A stretch of 63,539 nucleotides of DNA, filler included, from Pelomyxa schiedti (taxonomy: Eukaryota; Protista; Evosea): NCBI GenBank assembly GCA_020536535.1. It is 10 parts of 10 records of this genome, joined end to end, with 100 filler letters (N's around TTAATTAATTAA, not from the genome) between each part and the next. Parts side by side here need not be neighbours in the genome. Positions count along the whole stretch, not along the records: positions 12,786 to 26,235 come from JAHLWZ010000219.1; positions 26,336 to 39,548 come from JAHLWZ010000510.1; 8 more parts are not named here. One strand, written 5' to 3'. A program made the translations under genes and the position numbers. Below the pieces are notes generated by a model. The model made no database searches. It was not told the origin of the DNA and saw nothing but the letters and a program-made list of their open reading frames with translations. Positions 23,960 to 35,156 of this stretch are shown here, piece by piece (within the stretch, counting starts at the first letter, position 1; every line of letters starts with the position of its first letter).

Positions 23960-25509
23960 AGTGTAACAGAGAGAAATTGAAGGTCAGAAATTGATGAATG
24001 AAAAGGGGTTGAGGAGCAGTTACACACTCGCTGAGTTTATCACAGAGCAAAGCAAAGAGAGAGAAATTGAAGCAAGTCAACAAAAAGGGTTGGGGAGCAG
24101 TTACACACAAACTAAACATTCCATAGAGAAGGAAAGAGAGAGAAATTGAAGCAAGTCAGAAATTGATGAATAAACGCAATAAAACAAGGTTGAGGAGCAG
24201 TTACACACATCCTGAGTTTATCACAGAGCGAAGCAAAGAGAGAGGAATTGAAACAAATCAGGAATTGATTAATAAACGCATTAAAAAGAGTTGGGGAGCA
24301 GTTACACACAAACTAAACATGCCACAGAGTGAAGCAAAGAGAGAAAAATTGAAGCAAGTCAGAAATTGATGATTAAACGCAATAAAAAAGGGTTGGGGAG
24401 CAGTTACACACTCGCTGAGTTTATCACAGAGCAAAGCAAAGAGAGAGAAATTGAAGCAAGTCGGGAATTGATGATTAAACGCAATAAAAAAGGGTTGGGG
24501 AGCAGTTACACACAAACTAAACATGCCACAGAGTGAAGCAAAGAGAGAGAAATTGAAGCAAGTCAGAAATTGATGAATAAACACAAGAAAAGGGTTGGGG
24601 AGCAGTTACACACTCCCTGAGTTTATCACAGAGTGAAGCAAAGAGAGAGAAATTGAAATAAATCAGAAATTAGTGATTAAACAGGGTTGGAGAGCAGTTA
24701 CACACTGCCTGAGTTTATCACAGAGCAAAGTAAAGAGAAATTGGGCAAGTCAGAAATTGATGAATAAACACCATAAAAAAGGGTTGGGGAGCAGTTACAC
24801 ACAAACTAAACATGCCACAGAGTGAAGCAAAGAGAGAAATTGAAGCAAATCAGAAATTGATGGTTTTCAAGTTGGGGGGCAGTTACACACTCCCTGAGTT
24901 TATCACAGAGCAAAGAGAGAGAAATTGAGGCAAATCAGAAATTAATTAATAAACACAATAAAAAAGGGGTGGGGAGCAGTTACACACTCACTGAGTTTAT
25001 CACAGAGTGTAGGAAAGAGAGAGAAATTGAAGCAAGTCAGAAATTGATGATTAAACGCAATAAAAAAGGGTGGGGAGCAGTTACACACAAGCTAAACATG
25101 CCACAGAGTGAAGGAAAGAGAGAAAAATTGAAGCAAGTCATAAATTGATGATTAAATGTAATAAAAAAGGGGTGGGAGCAGTTACACACAAACTAAACAT
25201 GCCACAGAGTGAAGCAAGCAGAGAGAAATTGAAGCAAGTCATAAATTGATGATTAAACGCAATAAAAAAAGGTTGAGGAGCAGTTACACACATCCTGAGT
25301 TTATCACAGAGCGAAGCAAAGAGAGAGAAATTGAAGCAAGTCAACAAAAAGGGTTGGGGAGCAGATACACACAAACTAAACATTCCAGAGAGAAGGAAAG
25401 AGAGAGAAATTGAAGCAAGTCAGAAATTGATGAATAAACGCAATAAAACAAGGTTGAGGAGCAGTTACACACATCCTGAGTTTATCACAGAGCGAAGCAA
25501 AGAGAGAGG
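23960..25509 (-). repeat. Tandem array of 16 units (~80-102 bp), each an intron plus a 3-nt microexon; two unit subtypes
   Basis: Every unit reads (minus strand) polypyrimidine...AAACTCAG or ATGTTTAG | NNN | GTGTGT. AG and GT are invariant in all 16 units, while NNN takes 7 values. The array is cut by the gap at 25510. Confidence 0.9.
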
Positions 25510-25609
25510 NNNNNNNNNNNNNNNNNNNNNNNNNNNNNNNNNNNNNNNNNNNNNNNNNNNNNNNNNNNNNNNNNNNNNNNNNNNNNNNNNNNNNNNNNNN
25601 NNNNNNNNN

Positions 25610-26235
25610 TTGAAGAAGTTCACTCACCAAAACCGCAAACTCCCACATGTCTCCTTTTGAATGTGTTTGTTTATGTGTGATGCAGAGTTAATATTGAGTG
25701 AACTATCAACAGGATGAAACTCAACAACATCCAAATACCTTGAATTCCGTAGTGCCCAGTGTGCATCTGTGGTGGCAAGTAAATTGGTGTTCCAGCCCCT
25801 TTTGTAAAACTCCCAATCATAGCCGGTTTACTCCCGCGGCCGATTTGGTGCTGCTGGAGAGCTCTTGATACTCCTTCATTTTAAGTTGGATTGAGTTGAG
25901 GCATGTGTGTCTGTGTCAGAAAGTACCAAAGTCAGTTATTTTTGGAGTTCCACAAGAATCGAGGAGAACATTGTTGCTGCTCAGGTCCCGGTGCATGTAG
26001 TTCCTCCTGTTTTTTTAGTATTATTGCATTTTTTGTTTTCCAGCCAATCAACGTAAATGATATTTGTTTAAAAAGAGTGCAAGAAGAATTGAAATCGAAT
26101 GAAACCTGTGAAGGGCAGTCATTCCTTTGGCAATTCCGGAAGAAACTGCCACAACTTCGGTGAATGTCAAATCTTTCTAATAATTGTGTGTATGATAGAT
26201 ATAGATTCATATTTACAATTTGAGTGAGTCCAACC
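25610..26235 (-). CDS. TKL kinase paralogue C, internal fragment
   Basis: Near-identical to 20930-21545 (HRDLSSNNVLLD, KITDFG). Bounded by a gap and a linker. Confidence 0.75.
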
Positions 26236-26335
26236 NNNNNNNNNNNNNNNNNNNNNNNNNNNNNNNNNNNNNNNNNNNNTTAATTAATTAANNNNNNNNN
26301 NNNNNNNNNNNNNNNNNNNNNNNNNNNNNNNNNNN

Positions 26336-26655
26336 GAAAATGTTAGAGGGACAAAAGGCAGACCCAAAATGGCCACACGCATACAGAGAGGGAAGGGTCA
26401 GCAGACAACTTCTTCCGAGCGCAAGCGAGACACACACTGTGGAGGCACACGGGGAATGTCACAGGGTCAACGAGTACGCCCCCGCAGATGTGACACACAA
26501 ACACCTGTGAAACCCCCCAAAATGTGGTTGGTTCGGGGTGGGTGCTTCGAAACCGTATCGATTGAGAAAGAATGACGAACCATGCATGTTGCGACGGTGT
26601 TGGCAGCTTGGGTAGGCGCCGTTGTTCCCGCCAAGTTGGAACAACAAGATGCCAT
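26336..26655 (-). CDS. TRIM-like paralogue 0, 5' fragment (RING)
   Basis: ATG at 26655 (MASCCSNLAGTTAPTQ); CHICGGVLVDPVTFPVCLHSVCLAC. Truncated by contig end. Confidence 0.75.
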
Positions 26656-26828
26656 TCTTTTGTTTCCGAGAAACACACACCGAATTCAATCACGCAATAT
26701 TTCATGAATGAGCCGCAAACAAACACAACATAAGGGGTCCATACTTCGAGGTCACTGACAAGCCAGCCCTCACGGGATCCAGCAAGGTCGTCGTCACTGA
26801 AAAAAATTTTCCAAACTTTGTTGAAGAG

Positions 26829-29646
26829 TCAAAGTGGAGCCCACACTTCGATATCACTGACCACCCATGGGTTGGCTCCAGCAAGGTATTCATTTGGGGG
26901 GTTGTGCTGTGGCTGCTCACAGTAACTCGGGTGCACGTTCGCGTAGCTGCCTATTGTTGTGTTGCTGTTGTTGCATACATACAAGGAGTGTCCACCACCA
27001 TATGTTGGCCCATAATCAGGTCTGCAGCAAATGCAGTAGTGATGGTCTCGGCACCTGAGGATTGTGCCTGTTGTGGTTCCCGCCCGAACAAGGCTGTATA
27101 CAAATGTGCGTCCCCCACACCCTCCTCTATAGTCGTTGCAGTTGTCAAACTGAATGTTTGTGTATCCTCCACATATATCTGCGGATTATCACTTAATATT
27201 CATTCATTAACTGAGGTGATAACACACAGTTTGTTGTGGTCCTGACAATGGACAGCGTTGGGGTGATGTTGTTGCACAGTTCATGGAACTTGGCACCACC
27301 GAAACCGTGGTCTGATCCACGCCACAGCAGCCGCCACGTTGTGTTTGTCATCTTGTGGCCCATGGCACCCTCTGCGCCAACAACCATCTCGTGCAACTTG
27401 TTGTCGAGTTCACGTGTCGTGAGAATCTTGCTTCCTGGGAATGCTCTGTGTGCAATATTGTGCAATGTGAGACAGAGAGAAGAGTGAGCGATGTGATGAA
27501 CGTCACTGTTTGTTTAGGCTTTGAGAGATTGGGCAGTGGCACACACCCATCAACAACAGGAATGACGAGAGGAGACCCAACGATGTGCACGTTGTTGAAT
27601 TTGACTGTGAGAGTGTGATCACCAGTTGGACTCGGTGTCATTCTCACTGTCACGTGTCCTCGTCCCTTCTCTGCGTTCTCCATCAAAATCTTGGTTGCTG
27701 TCCCATCATTCCCTGGGCTCTGAATAAGAATGGTTGGGTTATTACTGGATGAATTTGGCACAAAAGAAAAAGAGGGAGGGAGGAAGGGGGAGAACCGAGC
27801 AAGAACAAGTGAGTCCCGAGGTGCATGTGGAGGGTTTCCCTGTTTTGTCACACACTTGTATTGCTGCAACAACAACCGGCTCATTTCCGAGGGATATTGG
27901 CCCCGCCTCCGTTCTCACAATCTTGCTTTGTGTTGCGTCAACTGTCGTGTGTCAGACAATGTTTTGACGCATTGTATAGATTGGTGCTGGCGAAAAAGAA
28001 GGACCTGGAGGAAGGAGCTGCAAGTCCCTGATGACTGCGGAAAGGTGACTGCAGTCAAGTGGTGATTCCTCGAGTTGTGCTGAGGCACATGGAACGAGCA
28101 TGCTCCCGCTTGGGAACTGTGTTGCCGAATTGGCTGCGTGAATGGCAACAACACCAAAACTCAAGAATCCAAATGGATCTTCGTCTTTCACTCTTTGTGT
28201 GGACATCTCGGCACACGAGATCTGCCTTAAAGTAAGAATTCAAAAAAGGGAAGAAAGCCAGGAGGAAATGTCAATTATCAATTTCGTACCCCACACTTGA
28301 CTGCCGAAATTTGGTCTTCAACGGATTTGATCTGTGCCTCCAGTGCACACACTTTCATGTTTTGCTTTCTTTCAACAATCTCGGACATCTCATTTTCTTT
28401 TAGTTCCAACAGTTTGCACATTTGTCCTATCTTGAGAAACAGACCCATAGAGAGCAAGAATAAGAATGGTGATCCAGAAATAAGAGAATGGGTGTGACAA
28501 ACAGTTTCTTTGATGGAGTGGCAATGCCTTCTTTTTTCCATTTCTGCTTCCTCTTTTACTGCTTCAAGCCGTGACTTGAAAGCCTGACAAAAAAGAAGTG
28601 AGAGTGGGTTGCTCAATAAGATTCGAAAAAGGCAGACCATCAACTCATCGACACACTGCACAAGATAATCATTTTTTGAACGGAGTTGCGGAATAATCAG
28701 GTTCCTCCCTTCCTCAAGATCAACGCACTCATGTTGTCTGTGCTTTTTGTGGTTGGCAAAAAAAAAAGCTTTGGGTGAGTGAGTGTTGTTTTAGATAGGG
28801 ACGAAGAAGGAAGGAAGGGAGAAGGTGCATACAGTGCCGATACTGATACACTTGTCACAAATGACTTCATTGCACTGCTTGCAAAACAGCCCTCGTTTTT
28901 CTTTCTTGTGGATCCTGCAGTACTTTGGTGAAACTTTTGATCCATCCACCACAGGAGTGCTTCCCATCAAGGAAACAACCACATGTGCCTTGAATGCTGG
29001 CATTGAGTGCAATTTGTTCAAATGTTTCGAGCACAGCTGGTGCAAAATCAGTTGAAAAATGCAAAAAGGAAACACCAACCAATCCGCAAGTTTCACACTT
29101 GAATGACGCAGGCCTCTCTTGACACAGACTGCAAAGGCCCGCCTCTCTGGTCCCACATGCACCCTCAGTATTAGTTGGTGTTCTATGACCCAACAGAAGA
29201 TTTGCACCACCAATGACTGATCGCAGGTCCACGTTCACAGTCAATGACGTCGACTTGAGTGCGGTTCCACACCCGAATCCACACTCGATCTCCTGAACAT
29301 GTGTTTTGAAGAGGAAGGGAAAAGGCGTTAGATGGGACAACACTCAAGTACACCAGAATGGCCACACGCATACAGAGACGGAAGGGTCAGCAGACAACTT
29401 CTTACCAGAGATTGAAGGCTCAGTCAATAACTTTTTCCGAGCGCAAGCGAGACACACACTGTGGAAGCACACAGGGAACGTCACAGGGTCAACGAGTACG
29501 CCCCCGCAGATGTGACACACAAACGCCTGTGTGATGCCCCCGATTAAAAAAAATTATGGGTCTTGGGTTCGAACCCTGAATGTTGCAGTGGTTTGGGCCG
29601 TCGGTGCCGCAGTCGTAGTGCCCGCCAAGTTCGAAGAAGATGTCAT
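26829..29646 (-). CDS. TRIM-like protein: RING, two B-boxes, coiled coil, filamin repeat, TLDc (paralogue 1)
   Basis: RING CHIC...CFHSVCLAC...CGFGC; B-box CSLCQERPASFKCETC...LCSKH...H; B-box CRIHKKEKRGLFCKQCNEVICDKC; filamin GDHTLTVKFNNVHIVGSPLVIPV; TLDc WRLLWRGSDHGFGGAKFHELCNNITPTLSIVRT...VSDIEVW. Confidence 0.85.
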
Positions 29647-32385
29647 TTCAACCGTTTTTTTCCGTTTTTTTTTCAGGAAAATTGAAAAGGGCTCAAATTT
29701 TTAATTTCCGGAGCCTCCTGATTCTAAAACGGAGTCCGAGAACAACACCGAGATACTACACACACAAGCCACGACAATCATTACATTGTGGAGTGGGTAG
29801 TGGGAGAACGAGGGAGGAGGGTGCAGGTGTGTGGGGTGCAGGCGCGCGGGGTGCAAGTGCGTGTGTGGTTCCATAAACAGGGTGCCAGGTGCGTGTGAAT
29901 GATACACCCTTCCACAGAGTGTATCCCCACCCCCAACCCCCATCCCCACATGTGCATCCTTCCAAAGGGTGAGCCTCCACCTCCCCCTCCCCTCTCACTG
30001 CCTCTGTGGCACCCCTCCATGAGGTGCACAGGAAGGGCGAACATACACCCTTCCTCATAATGCATATATACCCACGCAGAGCAATCCCGCACCCTTCCAA
30101 AGGGAGGGAGTTGCAAGGCGGCCTGTATAGTACAAGTAAGTAAGTGCAGTGTGTGGTAGAGGTTTCTAAAATTCCGGGTATCCGGAATTACTATTTGTTC
30201 AATAATAATCATAACGGCGTGAATAGTAGTGGTAGTAGTAATATATGTTGGTGATATTATATTAGGAGTAGAAGTAGTAGTAGCCGGCGAATAGTAAGTA
30301 GTAGTCGTCTCTAATAATGTGCTGCCCTAGCACAGCGCCATTGTGGGACAGCAGCAGCAGCAGGTTGTTGCTGTGGAGGCAATACAGCTTGCTGGTAGCG
30401 CGGTGGTGGAACATACAGCAACGGTTGTGATGGTGATGAGGGAGTGATTTGTGGCCCACGTTGCTGTTGTTGTTGCGCAGAACCAGTGGCGGGACAGCAT
30501 GCACATACTGTGATTGCAGTAGGTTGGCCCGTATTTTGGGTGGAAACGTAGACACATCTCTTTGTTTTCATCACAAACTCTTCCTGAATCAAAGCTCAGA
30601 ATCACTTCCTTTAGCAGGGGATAACAGGGTGTGTTACTGGCACTTGTTGTGGTAGCCGATGCTGGGGACAATGGACCACCATCATGTCGGCGGTGCGGGT
30701 TGCTCTGCAGTCGGGCCAGGGGGGCCACTGGGGTCGATGTGCCGGGGAATGTCACATGAGTGAGTGGTGACGAAGTTGGTTGTATCACCGTCTTTCTCTG
30801 TAAAAAGTGTAAGGAAATGAGATATATTCTGGAGTTTTTTGGCGTATTGACCTGTATTTATGAGACAAGGGAACCCATGATTCCTTCAGCATAAGATAGT
30901 GTGACTCAATTTGCACGGTGGAATGAGGGAGTACTTGGCGTAAGGAAATGGCCATGCAATTGAGAGCATTGAGAAGCAGTCGCCACGTTTCTATGTGAAA
31001 CAAGTCAAAGGTGGAGAAGCACAAAAGTACTGTAAAAAACAGGATCTCCACTTGCTGGCGGTGTGCTCATCCCTCAATTTGCGCAGAGTGGGTCCAATTG
31101 GCACATGAAGTTGGGCCACTATTGTCGTCCTTAACTTCCTCAACAACAATGACTGCGTCTGCTGCATTTCCTGCTGCTGTAACACCTCGTTGCAGTGACT
31201 GGTGTTTTGCCAAGTGTAAGGGTCAAGTCCCACATAGGAATAATAATATATACCATCAATTCGATATTGTTGGTATTACCAATGAGAAAGAATTTGGAGA
31301 AAGCACGTCGCCACTGTTGCTGCAGTATCAACAAAAACAGAGCATGATGGTGGAAGGTGTCTCTGGGAGGATTGCTCCCCCTTTGCACTCTGCCACAATC
31401 ACCACCACCAAAACATTCTTTTCTGTCTGCTCACAACCAAACAGTCAACCCCAACTGACATATTATCACTTTGCTCTTTTCTCTATTGCTCTTTCTTTGG
31501 GCTGGCCTTCCTTCTTTGAGAAATACCCCAATCAAATTCGAGTTTGGGTTCAGTTCTTGATTGCTTGGCTTGGCTTGGCATCTGTGTAAATGTGAGTGAC
31601 TTGGGGTTATTTACAGTGTCACAATTTACCTTGGTTATTTGCTTTTTGGGCTGGAGGAAGGAGGCAAAGAAGTGCGCAAATGTTTTCGCGGTTGTTCTGG
31701 CCTGTTTCTTGCTCCTGCTTGGCTTCGCTTCTGTGTAAATGTGAGTGTTGCGAGTCATTTAGCACATAAAAGTTGAATAAAAATAGAAGAGAGAAATAAG
31801 ACAGCGAAGAACCCCAGGGCATTCTCCTCCATGCTTCTCTTTGAGGGGTAAACGTTGAGACGGAAACACAGTAATACCTCAACGATGGCGCCATGATTTT
31901 CTACGAAAAAATGCTGGCTGCGATTAAAAACCCTGCTGGTGCTTTTTGATTCGTGGTGCTCTACACAGGCAAGTGCAAATGAACGGAGACTTGAGCGTCA
32001 AAATGACGGGTTGAAGAGGCGTTGTGTCAACCAAAAAATTGGAGTTTGGAGGGCTCTTCACACTTGGTGGGTTCGCGATTTTGCCGTTGGAACTTGGGGG
32101 GAGAAAACAAAAATAACGGATGTGTTGGCGACACCACCTCGTGCCAATGTGTGGGTGCTGTGGAAGTACAACGTGGTGTTTTATATGCTGCGCCTGTTAA
32201 CTCAGGCAGCTTTATTTCTTTTTTTTTTTTTCCGTTGGCTATGGAACTTCTATGGACCAAGCTGGAACTGCATGTATCTTCTCTGCTTTTCTTTTTCGCG
32301 TTCTTAATGTCCTTGAAGTAACAATGAAGGGATAAAAGTTTCTTGAGATTTTCTTTTTTTGGAACTGCTGTACAGCAGGAATTGC

Positions 32386-32671
32386 TCAGTGTGACCAGCC
32401 GATGGTCTTGAGGTGTCGCACGACACTGGAATACGTGACACTGCTCAAAAATTCCTCATCTCTGGCGTTCCTCATGGCTGTGGATGACACATCGGAATCC
32501 CTTTCAAAGGGCCCACCTTCCCCTGGTGGAACGGTCTATGGAACTCAGTTTGAATAAACAGGGGTAGGGAATTACATAATTGTGCAGGGCGGTGGATTTG
32601 CGACTGACAGTGTATCCTGGTCGTGGAACAGAGACAACATATTCTGAAGACGTAAGCCTGATGGAGGTTCC
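32386..32671 (-). CDS. NMNAT: NMNAT duplicate, 3' fragment (5' part in gap)
   Basis: Near-identical to 37948-38235, including DVSSTAMR. Confidence 0.7.
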
Positions 32672-32771
32672 NNNNNNNNNNNNNNNNNNNNNNNNNNNNN
32701 NNNNNNNNNNNNNNNNNNNNNNNNNNNNNNNNNNNNNNNNNNNNNNNNNNNNNNNNNNNNNNNNNNNNNNN

Positions 32772-35036
32772 TGCAACTTGTTGTCGAGTTCACGTGTCGT
32801 GAGTATCTTGCTTCCTCGGAATGCTCTGTGTGCAATATTGTGCAATGTGAGACAGAGAGAAGAGTGAGCGATGTGATGAACGTCACTGTTTGTTTAGGCT
32901 TTGAGAGATTGGGCAGTAGCACACACCGATCATCAACAACAGGAATGACGAGAGGAGACCCAACGATGTGCACGTTGTTGAATTTGACTGTGAGAGTGTG
33001 ATCACCAGTTGGATGTGGTGTCATTCTCACTGTCATGTGTCCTCGTCCCTTCTCCGCGTTCTCCTCCATCAAAGTCTTGGTTGCTGTCCCATCATTCCCT
33101 GGGCTCTGAATAAGAATGGTTGGGTTATTACTGGATGAAGTTGGCACAAAAGAAAATGAGGGAGGAAGGGGGAGAACCGAGCAAGAACAAGTGAGTCCCG
33201 ATGTGCACGTTGAGGGTTTCCCTGTTTTGTCACACACTTGTATTGCTGCAACAACAATCGGCTCATTTCCGAGGAATATTGGCCCTGTCTCCGTTCTCAC
33301 AATCTTGCTTTGTGTTGCGTCAACTGTTGTGTGTCAGATAATGTTTTGACGCATTGGATATATTGGGTTTGGCGAAAAAGAAGAACCTGGAGGAAGAAGC
33401 TGCAAGTCCCTGATGACTGCGGAAAGGTGACTGCAGTCAAGTGGTGATTCCTCGAGTTGTGCTGAGGCACATGGAACGAGCATGCTCCCGCTTGGGAACT
33501 GTGTTGCCGAATTGGCTGCGTGAATGGCAACAACACCAAAAATCAAGAATCCAAATGGATCTTCGTCTTTCACTCTTTGTGTGGACATCTCGGCACACGA
33601 GATCTGCCTTAAAGTAAGAACTCAAAAAAGGGAAGAAAGCCAGGAAGAAATGTCTATTGTCAATTTCGTACCCCACACTTGACTGCCGAAATTTGGTCTT
33701 CAACGGATTTGATTTGTGCCTCCAGTGCACACACTTTCATGTTTTGCTTTCTTTCAACAATCTCGGACATCTCATTTTCTTTTAGTTCCAACAGTTTGCA
33801 CATTTGTCCTATCTTGAGAAACAGAGAGGGAGAAATAGAGAGCAAGAATAAGAATGGTGATCCAGAAATAAGAGAATGGGTGTGACAAACAGTTTCTTTG
33901 ATGGAGTGGCAATGTCTTCTTTTTTCCATTTCTGCTTCCTCTTTTACTGCTTCAAGCCGTGACTTGAAAGCCTGACAAAAAAGAAGTGAGAGTGGGTTGC
34001 TCAATAAGATTCGAAAAAGGCAGACCATCAACTCATCGACACACTGCACAAGATAATCATTTTTTGAACGGAGTTGCGGAACAATCAGGTTCCTCCCTTC
34101 CTCAAGATCAACGCACTCATGTTGTCTGTGCTTTTTGTGGTTGGAAAAAAAAAAAGCTTTGGGTGAGTGATTGTTGTTTTAGATATGGACGAAGAAGGAA
34201 GGAAGGGAGAAGGTACATACAGTGCCGATACTGATACACTTGTCACAAATGACTTCATTGCATTGCTTGCAAAACAGCCCTCGTTTTTCTTTCTTGTGGA
34301 TCCTGCAGTACTTTGGTGAAACTTTTGATCCATCCACCACAGGAGTGCTTCCCATCAAGGAAACAACCTCATGTGCCTTGAATGCTGGCATTGAGTGCAA
34401 TTTGTTCAAATGTTTCGAGCACAGCTGGCGCAAAATCAGTTGAAAAATGCAAAAAGGAAACACCAACCAATCCGCAAGTTTCACACTTGAATGATGCAGG
34501 CCTCTCTTGACACAGACTGCAAAGGCCCGCCTCTCTGGTCCCACATGGACCCTCAGTATTAGTTGGTGTTCTATGACCCAACAGAAGATTTGCACCACCA
34601 ATGACTGATCTCAGGTCCACGTTCACAGTCAATGACTTCGACTTGAGTGCCGTTCCACACCCGAATCCACACTCGATCTCCTGAACATGTGTTTTGAAGA
34701 GGAAGGGAAAAGGCGTTAGATGGGACAACACTCAAGTACACCAGAATGGCCACACGCATACAGAGACGGAAGGGTCAGCAGACAACTTCTTACCAGAGAT
34801 TGAAGGCTCAGTCAATAACTTTTTCCGAGCGCAAGCGAGACACACACTGTGGAAGCACACAGGGAACGTCACAGGGTCAACGAGTACGCCCCCGCAGATG
34901 TGACACACAAACGCCTGTGTGTGATGCCCCCGATTAAAAAAAATTATGGGTCTTGGGTTCGAACCCTGAATGTTGCAGTGGTTTGGGCCGTCGGTGGCGC
35001 AGTCGTAGTGCCCGCCAAGTTCGAAGAAGATGTCAT
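32772..35036 (-). CDS. TRIM-like paralogue 2 (3' TLDc part lost in gap)
   Basis: Near-identical to paralogue 1; ATG at 35036. Confidence 0.8.
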
Positions 35037-35111
35037 TTCAACCGTTTTTTTCCGTTTTTTTTTTAAGGAAAAATTGTAAATGGCTCAAATTTTTAATTTC
35101 CGGAGGCTCCT

Positions 35112-35156
35112 TGTGGCGAGGTGTCGCTTATAGCTCTTCAAAAGGCACTCGCCACA
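35112..35156 (+). mobile_element. 45-bp TG...CA mini-element with 9-bp terminal inverted repeats and 5-bp target site duplication
   Basis: CTCCT-[TGTGGCGAG...CTCGCCACA]-CTCCT. The paralogous site at 29715-29719 has a single CTCCT (empty site). Confidence 0.9.

Noticed and set aside
24988-24990. TGA microexon as selenocysteine or a reassigned codon
   Set aside because: TGA terminates other genes here (e.g. NMNAT, TRIM-like) and no SECIS could be identified.
24014-25480. Alternative reading as 7-nt microexons using a GTAACT donor
   Set aside because: Breaks frame symmetry, is mutated to GTATCT in one unit, and disagrees with the unambiguous 3-nt exons in the adjacent unique DNA. Not formally excluded.
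23960-25509. CRISPR array or coding repeat (ORFs of CVTAPQPFF type)
   Set aside because: No unique spacers and no cas genes; eukaryotic context. The ORFs are stop-interrupted translations of intron-like sequence.
31011-31589. 192-aa ORF conserved in both duplicate copies (also 36638-37216)
   Set aside because: Conservation only reflects the recent duplication; no recognisable domain. A short related segment at 39150-39190 suggests decayed sequence.
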